This document shows positions 51,685-60,422 of a stretch of 64,000 nucleotides of DNA, piece by piece. The notes beneath the pieces were generated by a model. That model was not told where the DNA came from. It saw only the letters and a list, made by a program, of their open reading frames with translations, and did not search any database. Source of the stretch: an uncultured bacterium (GTDB lineage: Bacteria > Arandabacterota > Arandabacteria > Arandabacterales > Arandabacteraceae); the NCBI GenBank assembly GCA_964598025.1, contig CAZRAU010000001.1, forward strand, positions 56,201 to 120,200, read 5' to 3'. The position numbers and the translations under genes were made by a program. Positions within the stretch are counted from its first letter, which is position 1; each line of letters begins with the position of its first letter.

Positions 51685-54570
51685 ATGCGGGGCCTTGAGC
51701 GTGCTCGGAAAGGACCGGGCTTGATCCTGGTTCTTGCAGTCCTCGTCGGCCTGGCCCACACCTGTTGGGCCGATGATGTCCTCGTGGTTCACTACAAGCG
51801 CTACAGCAGTGATTATGATGGCTGGACGCTCTGGACCTGGGACGACAAGACCGACCAGGACTCGCAAGAACTCGAAAAGGTGGGCCAGGACGAATTCGGG
51901 CTCATCTTCAAGGTGACCAAATCCGAATACGGTGATGGTACACAGATCGGACTTCTTCCGAAGTTCAAGGACTGGGAAAGCAAGGATCCGCCGGACAGGA
52001 TCTGGACCGCCGATATGGGTGACACGGTCTGGATTCTCGCGGGGAACCCCGCCCTTCAGACTTCGCAGCCGGATGAGGGGCCCATGGGAAAGGATGTGGG
52101 AGACGTGATAACAGTGCACTATCACAGGCCGGGGAAGGACTACAAGGGCTGGACGCTCTGGACCTGGGATGACAAGACCGACCAGGACTCCCGTGAGATC
52201 TCCGCATCCGGTACCGACGATTACGGCCTGGTTTTCAAGGTTGAGAGGAAGAACTACGGCGACCATGGCATGCAGATAGGTGTCCTGCCCAAGTTCGGAA
52301 ACTGGGAAAGCAAGGATGGCCCCGACAGGATCTGGTTTGCCAACATGGGTAGCGAGGTCTGGATCTTGACAGGGAATGAGCAGCTCTTTTCCGAAGTGCC
52401 CGACACCACGCCCTGGATAGTCGGTGCCCTTGTGGACGGCAAGAAAGTGGTGACCATATCCCTCTCCGCGCCTCTCAAGCCCGAGCTTCTGAAGCCTGAG
52501 AAGATTGCGGTCAAGGACGACCAGGGCAACCCTCTCGCAGTGAGCCAGGTCGGACAGCTGCCTCCCCGGAAAGGATCGGACTTCCTTGTGGGCGTCACCA
52601 TGAGCGAGGAATTCAGTATTCCGGGCCGGCCGCTCGCCGAGTATACCATCGAGGTGGAAGGTTACAGGCCTGCCAATCTTCAGATCAGGGGCATCCTTGA
52701 CAGCCCGGAATTCTATACGGAAAAGGAGATGGGCGCCGCCTATTCCCCGACCCAGACCGTGTTCAGGGTCTTTGCTCCGACCGCCACCGGGGTAATGGTC
52801 CTCCTGTATGACCGGCCCGAGGGTGGTACAGCCGATCCCCGCCCGATGCAGCACGCCGGGAACGGCATCTGGGAAGCGGTGGTGGCAGGCGATCTTATCG
52901 GGAGATACTACACGCTCAAGGCGGCGGGGGTGGACCCGCGCCTCGGTTCCGACCCGGAGGTCATCGATCCCTATTCCCGGTGCAATACCGCTCACAACGG
53001 CCGCGGCATGATTGTCGATGACAATACGCCGATCGCCCCCTATCCGGTATTCGACAGGAGCGAGGCCATAATCTATGAGCTTCACATCAGGGATTTCACG
53101 ATTGCTCCGACCTCGGGTATCGCGCATAAAGGCAAGTACCTGGGATTTACGGAGACCGGCACGGCCTTGCCTGAGCATCCGGACATCAAGACCGGCATAG
53201 ACCATCTTGAGGAACTGGGAGTCAATGTGGTTCAGGTGATGCCCATTGAGGACTTCGACAACGATGAATCGAGCGAGCAATATAACTGGGGCTATATGCC
53301 GGTGCATTTCAACTCCCCGGACGGCTGGTACGCTACCGAGAGACACAACGCCAAGCGAGTGGAGGAGTTCAAGCTCCTGGTGGATGCGCTTCATAAGAAA
53401 GGTATGAAGGTTGTGATGGATGTGGTTTACAACCACACGGCGGAATACCGGCCCAACAGGATATTCAGCTTCGAAGGTCTGGTGCCCGGCTATTACTACC
53501 GGCTTCACGATGACGGCACTTACTGGAATGGTTCCGGGACGGGCAACGAGACCCGGAGCGAGGCCCTTATGATGCGCAAGTTCATCGTCGAATCGTGCAA
53601 GTACTGGGTTGAGGAGTATGATGTGGACGGGTTCCGGTTCGATCTCATGGGCCTCATGGACTTGGAAACCGTGGTCCGGATCGTCGAGGAGTGCAGGGCC
53701 ATAAAGCCCGACATCGTGATCCACGGTGAGCCGTGGACCGGCGGTGAGACGCCGATCAATCCCACGGGTAAGGGTTCCCAGCGCAACAAGGGCTTTGCTG
53801 TCTTCGGCGATAACTTCAGAGATGCCATAAAGGGCGGTGTTTTCGATCTCAGCAAGGGCTACGTCCAGGCGGGCATCAACATTGACAAGATTAAGCTCGG
53901 CATCCAGGGCAGTATAAACGACTTCACGCAACAACCCACTGAGGTTCTCAACTACGTGGCCAGCCATGACAACCACACTTTCTGGGATAGGCTTGTTCTG
54001 ACGACCAAGAGTGACCGTAACGTTACCGACGAGGACCGGAAGCGCATGGACAGGATGGGAGCGGTGCTGGTTCTCACCTCTCAGGGGATACCCTTCATCC
54101 ACAGCGGCCAGGAGATGCTGCGAACCAAACGGGGCAACGGCAACAGTTACAACCAACCGGACGCCGTGAACATGATAGACTGGGACTTGAAGCGCATCCA
54201 CATGGACATCTTCGACTACTATAAGGGGCTGATCTCTCTAAGGAAGATGCATCCCATGTTCCGGATGAAGACACGGGACGAAGTGTCGGCGAATCTTGAG
54301 TTCTTGGACGATGATCTTGGAATGCGTTTGCCGCCGAGGTGTGTGGGTTACAGGCTCAAGCGGGGCGGATCGGGAGACGCGTGGGAGGAGGTCATAGTCC
54401 TCTACAACCCTAATCCGGCGGGTGTGACCGTTGGTATTCCGGATGGCGACTGGACCGTCGTGGTCGATGACGATGAAGCCGGTACGACACAGGTTGGGAC
54501 AGGGACGAAATCGGTATCAGGAGGGAAGATCGAGGTTCCCCGGATAAGCGCCATGGTTCTTTATAAGTAA
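51685..54570 (+). CDS. pulA: secreted type I pullulanase (GH13) with two tandem N-terminal PUD/CBM-like modules
   Basis: Signal peptide. A duplicated ~110-aa module (DYDGWTLWTWDDKTDQDS...) is followed by the GH13 regions YNWGYMPVHFNSPDGWYAT, GFRFDLMG and EPWTGG. An RBS AAAGGAGGGGG is present. Confidence 0.85.
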   Translation: MRGLERARKGPGLILVLAVLVGLAHTCWADDVLVVHYKRYSSDYDGWTLWTWDDKTDQDSQELEKVGQDEFGLIFKVTKSEYGDGTQIGLLPKFKDWESKDPPDRIWTADMGDTVWILAGNPALQTSQPDEGPMGKDVGDVITVHYHRPGKDYKGWTLWTWDDKTDQDSREISASGTDDYGLVFKVERKNYGDHGMQIGVLPKFGNWESKDGPDRIWFANMGSEVWILTGNEQLFSEVPDTTPWIVGALVDGKKVVTISLSAPLKPELLKPEKIAVKDDQGNPLAVSQVGQLPPRKGSDFLVGVTMSEEFSIPGRPLAEYTIEVEGYRPANLQIRGILDSPEFYTEKEMGAAYSPTQTVFRVFAPTATGVMVLLYDRPEGGTADPRPMQHAGNGIWEAVVAGDLIGRYYTLKAAGVDPRLGSDPEVIDPYSRCNTAHNGRGMIVDDNTPIAPYPVFDRSEAIIYELHIRDFTIAPTSGIAHKGKYLGFTETGTALPEHPDIKTGIDHLEELGVNVVQVMPIEDFDNDESSEQYNWGYMPVHFNSPDGWYATERHNAKRVEEFKLLVDALHKKGMKVVMDVVYNHTAEYRPNRIFSFEGLVPGYYYRLHDDGTYWNGSGTGNETRSEALMMRKFIVESCKYWVEEYDVDGFRFDLMGLMDLETVVRIVEECRAIKPDIVIHGEPWTGGETPINPTGKGSQRNKGFAVFGDNFRDAIKGGVFDLSKGYVQAGINIDKIKLGIQGSINDFTQQPTEVLNYVASHDNHTFWDRLVLTTKSDRNVTDEDRKRMDRMGAVLVLTSQGIPFIHSGQEMLRTKRGNGNSYNQPDAVNMIDWDLKRIHMDIFDYYKGLISLRKMHPMFRMKTRDEVSANLEFLDDDLGMRLPPRCVGYRLKRGGSGDAWEEVIVLYNPNPAGVTVGIPDGDWTVVVDDDEAGTTQVGTGTKSVSGGKIEVPRISAMVLYK
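51820..51863 (+). repeat. direct repeat copy 1 (44 nt) inside pulA
   Basis: GGCTGGACGCTCTGGACCTGGGACGACAAGACCGACCAGGACTC. It is repeated 327 nt downstream with 1 mismatch, which marks a tandem domain duplication. Confidence 0.7.
52147..52190 (+). repeat. direct repeat copy 2 (44 nt) inside pulA
   Basis: It matches 51820..51863 at 43 of 44 nt. Confidence 0.7.
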
Positions 54571-54837
54571 GCGATACGACTTCAGGTCCGGGCCTCCGGG
54601 CGCCCGGATTGTGCTGGAACCCCCTTTAGCCATTTGTGTCTAAAGAGCCTGAGGGAAGAGTGGCTTGTGGGGGAGTAGGGTTTCCGGCAACGGCATCCAG
54701 TGTCGCGATTCATGGTGCGGCCGGTCGGTCTGTTCCAGGACATACGACCGAGGCTGCAGTGCGGGGTTCTTGCACCTCGCGCGATCTGCAGCAGATTTTG
54801 TTCAATAGGTTTGTGCGTATGCACCGGGAGGTGAGGG

Positions 54838-55119
54838 ATGGTGTATAATGGGCAGGGTCGAGCAGGAGGAGCCGGCAAGTCGAAGCGGCGGGGCGGCAAG
54901 CGAAAGAAGCGGGGCGGCAAGCCTGGAAGGGTCGGTCCTCCGAGGATGGGGCCTCCAAGACAGCGACCAAAGGGTCATTGTCTGTGCCCGGTTTGCGGCA
55001 CCAAAGTCGCGATCTACACCGAGGTTCCTTGCTACATAATGCACTGCGCCAAGTGCGGCGCGCAGATGGTGAAGGAATCTTCGGGTAAGAACCCCCAACA
55101 TGACCTCCAACCCCGATAG
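54838..55119 (+). CDS. small basic zinc-ribbon protein (hypothetical)
   Basis: An RBS GGGAGGTGAGGG precedes the ATG. The C-terminus has CPVCG...CAKCG. The N-terminus is Arg/Gly/Lys-rich, so the true start may be the internal Met. Confidence 0.4.
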   Translation: MVYNGQGRAGGAGKSKRRGGKRKKRGGKPGRVGPPRMGPPRQRPKGHCLCPVCGTKVAIYTEVPCYIMHCAKCGAQMVKESSGKNPQHDLQPR

Positions 55120-55223
55120 GCCTCGGAGTGGGGCCTGATGGCCCTGGATTCGGACTTGATGCTCTGAGGAATTGACGTCGGGTCAGGCAAGGCCTTGCTG
55201 TTACGTCTTGTATCGGCAATCGA

Positions 55224-55580
55224 ATGGAGGCCTATGTCGGCAAGAACACCGGCTCTGGCACCAACGCCGTTCCCTATGCCGACGATCCGGAAACCGAGGA
55301 TGAGATCGAGGAGACGAAGGTAGAGGTCGAGATGGAGTCGGTCACCGATCCATCGCTTACCCTTGGCGAGAACCTTCTCTTCACGTCCAATCTGGAGCTT
55401 TTCTCCGACCTTGAGGCTTCGAACCGGATGGATGTGGTTTGGGACAATCTGCTTGCGGCCAAGGTCCAGGAATACGTGACGGCGAGCCTCAATGTGAAGA
55501 TCTTCTACGACCGGGATATCTCCGAAAAACGCCAGCTCAAGCAATCGCCGGCCATCGGGCTTACCTACACCCTCATGTAG
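55224..55580 (+). pseudogene. possible remnant (C-terminal third) of a DUF3078-like outer-membrane protein gene
   Basis: The C-terminus VWDNLLAAKVQEYVTASLNVKIFYDRDISEKRQLKQSPAIGLTYTLM resembles the DUF3078 C-terminal consensus as I recall it. There is no signal peptide or N-terminal barrel part, and no upstream coding space. Confidence 0.35.
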
Positions 55581-55618
55581 CAGCGAGGTTCCACCCGCCT
55601 GGCTGGTACGGTTCAGGT

Positions 55619-55646
55619 AGCGTTGCCACTCCCGCGGCAACGAATC
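55619..55646. repeat. palindromic ~27-nt element (copy 2) GCGTTGCCACTCCCGCGGCAACG between convergent genes
   Basis: It is a near-identical copy of 39599..39626 and again sits downstream of two converging genes. Confidence 0.45.
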
Positions 55647-55827
55647 TTCTCTGTGATATGGTTCGTCGTGACAGGAGTTGCGAGGCCGGGAGATGAGGGT
55701 TTCGCTCCGGCATCGGCCTGCACGGCATAAGGGGGCTACTTCCGATATTAGCAGCCAAAAGAAGAAGGCGGCCGGCAAACCGGGAGGTCACTCCCGGTCT
55801 GCCGGTCGCCTATCGATCGACAAAAAC

Positions 55828-57018
55828 CTATCTCAGACGGTAGCTTATGCTTCCACGCAGCGCCCAATTGGACAAGGCATCCCCCACGCCATCGTCGAGG
55901 TAATTTAAGACGAACGATGGATTGAACGTCAGCTGGTTCTCGATATAGAGGATGTAGGTACTGGTGAAGTTAAGCGACAGGGTATTCTCGGCCCCGGCCA
56001 CGGTCGGGATCAGGTAGTCGACCGCCAGCGTGTTGTCCCAGTCGATACGATTGCTGATTTCGTAGTAGATCTGGAAGATATCGCCGATTCGATGGACGGG
56101 ATCGTCCTGAAAGACAGTGCTGTAGTAAGCATTGTTGTTCAGCTGGAGCTGAATGCTGAACGGCCTCGAATAGTCGAAGTTGACATCGACGAACGGATCA
56201 CCCTGCTCGCCCGCGAAGTCCGAGATCACGACACCGGCCCCACCGCGTAGTTCCCAGCCGTAATAGCGCCGGCCGGTCGGCTCATCCAGGACCTCCTGAA
56301 TCCGAAGCACTCCCATCGCCCCAAGCCCGTCTTCCGCCAACACACCGGCTTTCTGGAGGACCGCCTCCATCTCTTCGTACCAGTACTTGCGGTATTCAAC
56401 GGGGCCGTATTTGGAGCGGAACTCGCCCTCCCGATCGATTATGCGCGCCAGTTCAATCAGAGTGGCTTCCGACACTTCCGACTTGACCACTCCAAAGCGC
56501 TTGAAGTCCTGCGCCATGCGGTACGCCTGCTTCATCACGGTCGCGTCGATGGTGCGCCCATATCCCAGACCGGCACTCACGTCCCAATATGGATCGTCTG
56601 CGTCGTCCTGGACGGCAAGTTTCCGGTATTCGGCCGTTGTCGCGCCGAAGCCGAAGACCTTGGATTCGTTGCTGAAATACCTGCTCGCCCGTGTCCGGAG
56701 CCTCACATTATAAGCATCCTGCCGCTCGGCCTCTTGCTCCTGGGCTTTGTTCATAGAGAAGCTGCCGTTCGCATTCAGGCTGTAGGTGAACGGCAAAGAT
56801 CTGTAGAACAGATCATAACGTGCGTCCGCCCCGAAGTTGTAGCCCGTCTCCAGGGTGTCAAGGGAAGTCCCGTTGACGTTGAACGTTCCGTTCAGGTACG
56901 CCTCCTGCGACCTACTGGTCGGGAATGTGTACTTGGTCAGGTCAACTGCCTGCGAGTTACTCACCCAGCAGAAGCTGCACACCAGCGCAAGCACAAATGC
57001 CGCCGAAGTAGCTTTCAT
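55828..57018 (-). CDS. outer-membrane beta-barrel-type protein with signal peptide (hypothetical)
   Basis: The start MKATSAAFVLALVCSFCWVSNSQA follows GGAGGGA. It has an alternating beta-strand pattern with aromatic-rich ends. The ORF-track 12-aa extension is rejected. Confidence 0.65.
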   Translation of the reverse strand: MKATSAAFVLALVCSFCWVSNSQAVDLTKYTFPTSRSQEAYLNGTFNVNGTSLDTLETGYNFGADARYDLFYRSLPFTYSLNANGSFSMNKAQEQEAERQDAYNVRLRTRASRYFSNESKVFGFGATTAEYRKLAVQDDADDPYWDVSAGLGYGRTIDATVMKQAYRMAQDFKRFGVVKSEVSEATLIELARIIDREGEFRSKYGPVEYRKYWYEEMEAVLQKAGVLAEDGLGAMGVLRIQEVLDEPTGRRYYGWELRGGAGVVISDFAGEQGDPFVDVNFDYSRPFSIQLQLNNNAYYSTVFQDDPVHRIGDIFQIYYEISNRIDWDNTLAVDYLIPTVAGAENTLSLNFTSTYILYIENQLTFNPSFVLNYLDDGVGDALSNWALRGSISYRLR

Positions 57019-57515
57019 ACTGTTCCCTCCTTTCAGGAACCACCCGGCCCTCATGTAGCCGAGTGTTGTAATATGGTATAGATATAGTATGATGAGCTAT
57101 GGTTGCGGATAGTCAAGAGTTTTCTGCAGAAGTGGCCTTGGGTGACGATCCTTTGGCATGGGCCCGGCTGCTCTTGCCGTACATGATGTCCACAGCCGGA
57201 GGCCGACTGTGCTTGTGAAAGGCTGTTTCTGGGCCGGCGACTTCGAGGTCGGCTCGGGTCCAAGTCGGGTCGGGTCCCCGTGCCCGACACTGACTCTCGA
57301 GCACCAAGCGGAGCCATCGGTGGTATTCCATAATGATCCGATCATGCGGACCCTTGTGGGCAAGGTCGGGATCGGAGTGAAAACCGACCCGGCCGCCTCC
57401 TCACTTCGCACGTGACAATGCCCCCGGCCTGTTGTATAATACGCGTGTAGTGGAGATCTGGCGGGCGGGTCCGTCGGGACACCCACGAGGCATTTTCTCA
57501 AGCGAGGTAATTGAA

Positions 57516-58979
57516 ATGCGCTGCGAAAAAACTGTGGCAGTCGCCGCTGTCGGCATGCTTCTCCTATCGGCCACGGCATGGGCCGGAAGTGGGCCGGACA
57601 GTCTTTGGATGCGAACATACCATCGGGGCAACTTCGAAGCCGGCTGGAGCGTGCAGGAGCTATCCGCCGGGGGCTTCATAGCGGTCGGCAGGACCCAGCA
57701 GTTTCCGGACGCGAGCCCGGACGTATATATCCTCAGGATGGATGACAACGGTGATACGCTTTGGACCCGGAAGTACGGGTGGCCGCTTGTCGACGAACCA
57801 AGCCAGGTGCGAGAGACATCGGACGGCAACTACATTGTAGTGGGGAAGACCCAGGCGGTGCTTGACTCAACCTACTATGTGCTTCTTCTCAAGGTTGCCC
57901 CCGACGGTGATACGCTCTGGACCAAGACATACGGACAGGGCTATCTGTCCTCGTACGGCCTGTCGGTCGAGGAGGTCTCGTCCGGCGGATACATTCTCGC
58001 CGGCGGTTGCGGGACCTATGCGAAAAGCACCGAGCTTCTTCTCATAAGGACGAACTCCGACGGTGACACCCTATGGACCAAGCTCCACGGGACCTATACG
58101 CAGGAAGAAGCCTGGTCGGTCCGGGAGACCTTTGATGGGGGTTTTGTCGCCGCCGGCCGCAGGTCCGATGATGCATATCTCCTCAGAACAGATGCGAACG
58201 GTGACACGCTCTGGACGAAGCAATACGGTGGGGCGTACAGCGAGACTGGGCTATCCGTCAAGGAGACCCCCGACAGCGGCTACATCATTGCGGGCTCTAC
58301 ATGGTCGTACGGTTCGGGCATGAGTGATGCCTATTACGTGAAGACAGACCGGGACGGAGATCTTGTGTGGGAGAGAGCCTATGGAGGCCCTCAGAGGGAC
58401 GGGATGAACACAGTGGTCGTGACGACTGATAATCACTATGTTTCTGCGGGTTTCACCGAGTCCTTTGGACCATTGGCCGCCAATATGTGGCTCGTCGAGA
58501 TGGATGCCGCTGGGGATACGGTCTGGACAGCCACCTATGGAGGGAATGGAGATGACCGGGCCTACTGGGGGGAGGAGACCGCTGATGGCGGGTTCATCCT
58601 TGTAGGGTCCACGAATTCCTTCGGTGCCCCGCAAAACAACGTATACTTGGTGAAAACCAAACCGGATCGGTCTGGAGTCAACGAGGGTATCGACGCGCCT
58701 ATAGCAGGATTTGGGCTGAGGGTGCTGCCTACTCCGTCTGCTTCGGATATCACCCTGGAGTTTGAGGTGGCCCGGACCCAGCCGGTGCAGATCGTGATCT
58801 ATAACCTGCTTGGTCAGGAGATGGGGGTGCTCGTGAGCGGTGTCATTGGGGTAGGTGCACATCAAGTTACCTGGGATGGACTAGACCCGCATGGGCGGCC
58901 CGTTCCGGCAGGCGTGTACTTCGTGAAGCTTACGACGCCCCGTGGCTCCGAAACCCGCAAGGCGGTGTTGATGAAGTAA
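57516..58979 (+). CDS. secreted SBBP-type beta-propeller repeat protein with C-terminal T9SS (Por) sorting domain
   Basis: Signal peptide. About 7 repeats of ...DGDTLWTK.YGG...G.SV.ET.DGGYI. The C-terminal ~90 aa end ...GVYFVKLTTPRGSETRKAVLMK, a typical T9SS CTD. The ATG at 57516 is 8 nt after GAGGT. Confidence 0.75.
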   Translation: MRCEKTVAVAAVGMLLLSATAWAGSGPDSLWMRTYHRGNFEAGWSVQELSAGGFIAVGRTQQFPDASPDVYILRMDDNGDTLWTRKYGWPLVDEPSQVRETSDGNYIVVGKTQAVLDSTYYVLLLKVAPDGDTLWTKTYGQGYLSSYGLSVEEVSSGGYILAGGCGTYAKSTELLLIRTNSDGDTLWTKLHGTYTQEEAWSVRETFDGGFVAAGRRSDDAYLLRTDANGDTLWTKQYGGAYSETGLSVKETPDSGYIIAGSTWSYGSGMSDAYYVKTDRDGDLVWERAYGGPQRDGMNTVVVTTDNHYVSAGFTESFGPLAANMWLVEMDAAGDTVWTATYGGNGDDRAYWGEETADGGFILVGSTNSFGAPQNNVYLVKTKPDRSGVNEGIDAPIAGFGLRVLPTPSASDITLEFEVARTQPVQIVIYNLLGQEMGVLVSGVIGVGAHQVTWDGLDPHGRPVPAGVYFVKLTTPRGSETRKAVLMK

Positions 58980-59075
58980 CTCCGACCGGGCCTGTCGGGT
59001 AGCTGGGACTGAGAAGGATCAGGGCGGAATCGTGGTTTGCAGGTGGAAACCACCGGAGTCGGGGAGGGTGCTTGG

Positions 59076-60134
59076 TCAGGCCGCTTCCTTTCTTCTGGGC
59101 CGATAGACCTCTATGAGCGTGAAGATGATGGAGACCACCACCGGCCCCAGTATTATGCCGAGGAGACCGAAGAGCTTGATCCCGCCCAGGATACTGAAGA
59201 AGAGCGCCAGCGTGGGGATCTTGGTTCTGCTGCTCACGATCATGGGGCGGAGGATATTGTCGGACTGGCTCACCACCACAAGTCCGAGGACCAGCACGAT
59301 GACGCCTCTTATCCACGAGCCCGATACGATAAGAATCACCCCGGCCGGGAGATATACGAGGTAGGGACCCACTATGGGGATGAGTGAGAGCATCGCCATA
59401 ACCGTCCCCCAGAAGATGGGCGAAGGCAGCCCTGTTGCCCAGAATATTAGCCCGCCCAGGATCCCCTGTATACCTGCCACCAGCACCTGTCCGTAGATCG
59501 AGGCCTCGATAACCTCTTTGAGGCGGCGGGTGAGGTTGGACTTCAGATCATCGGACATGGGCAGAAGGTCCTTGAGCCTCACCACCAGCCTGTCTCCATC
59601 TCGGAAGAAGAAGAACATCGAGAGCACGGCGAAAGCGAAGGAGACGATGGCAAGCGAGAAATTCCCGATCAGATTCGAGAACTGCTGAAGTAGAAAGGTG
59701 CTCAGGCGCTGCACGTTGTTCACTATAATCGACTCGATATCGAGATTGGACGTATCCACGTAGTCACCGAGGAAGGTCTTGATCTTCTCGTTCCATCCAT
59801 AGGCCTCGGGCTTGAGCAGGAAATCCAGCTGGCCCGCATCGATGGCCTGCCTCAATTTGGGCAAGCTGCTGGCCGCTTCTCCTATGAGGCCCACGGTGAG
59901 GAAGACGGCTGGTATGACGATGACCGCCACCACGATTATGCACATGATCGTCGCGCGAAGATTGTCACGGAGGCGCCGGCGCAAGAACAGCGCGTTTAAG
60001 GGATAGAAGATGCCGGCGAGCACGGCGCCCCAAATTATGGATGCAAGGAAGGGCTTGAAAATGGCATAGAAGAGAAAGATGGTTATCACTATCAGTGCGA
60101 CGAAAATGACAAGTGCAATATGCTCGCGCTTCAT
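59076..60134 (-). CDS. AI-2E family transporter (PerM/UPF0118)
   Basis: An 8-TM protein of about 350 aa. Its N-terminus and overall pattern are typical of the AI-2E family. Confidence 0.8.
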   Translation of the reverse strand: MKREHIALVIFVALIVITIFLFYAIFKPFLASIIWGAVLAGIFYPLNALFLRRRLRDNLRATIMCIIVVAVIVIPAVFLTVGLIGEAASSLPKLRQAIDAGQLDFLLKPEAYGWNEKIKTFLGDYVDTSNLDIESIIVNNVQRLSTFLLQQFSNLIGNFSLAIVSFAFAVLSMFFFFRDGDRLVVRLKDLLPMSDDLKSNLTRRLKEVIEASIYGQVLVAGIQGILGGLIFWATGLPSPIFWGTVMAMLSLIPIVGPYLVYLPAGVILIVSGSWIRGVIVLVLGLVVVSQSDNILRPMIVSSRTKIPTLALFFSILGGIKLFGLLGIILGPVVVSIIFTLIEVYRPRRKEAA

Positions 60135-60422
60135 GTCTCCAATCCTTCCGGGGCCAAAGCCTATAACTTCTTCGCCGGGTTTTCAAGCACAACGTGCATC
60201 TACGAACTTGCTTGAATCTCGAGTATGCCTGTGCTATACTTCAAATGGTAAATCTTATGCATCTTAGCGGTTACACAGCACCCGAGAATATCCCGAGCCC
60301 GCCCTGGCCTGGATGTTGTCTCCCATTGGGGGTTCCATCTCCCGATACGTTTTACCCAAGCGAAGCGGTTGAGATCCTTTTGATTGAGTAATCCTCGAAC
60401 CTGTGAAAGGAGGTTCTTCGTG

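Noticed and set aside
51670-54201. 843-aa minus ORF
   Set aside because: It is an extraordinarily long shadow ORF antisense to the pullulanase gene. It has no motifs and His/Pro/Arg-rich composition. pulA has signal peptide, RBS and GH13 motifs.
55032-55778. 248-aa minus ORF
   Set aside because: It overlaps the zinc-ribbon and DUF3078-like plus ORFs. It has no RBS and low-complexity Arg/Leu-rich sequence.
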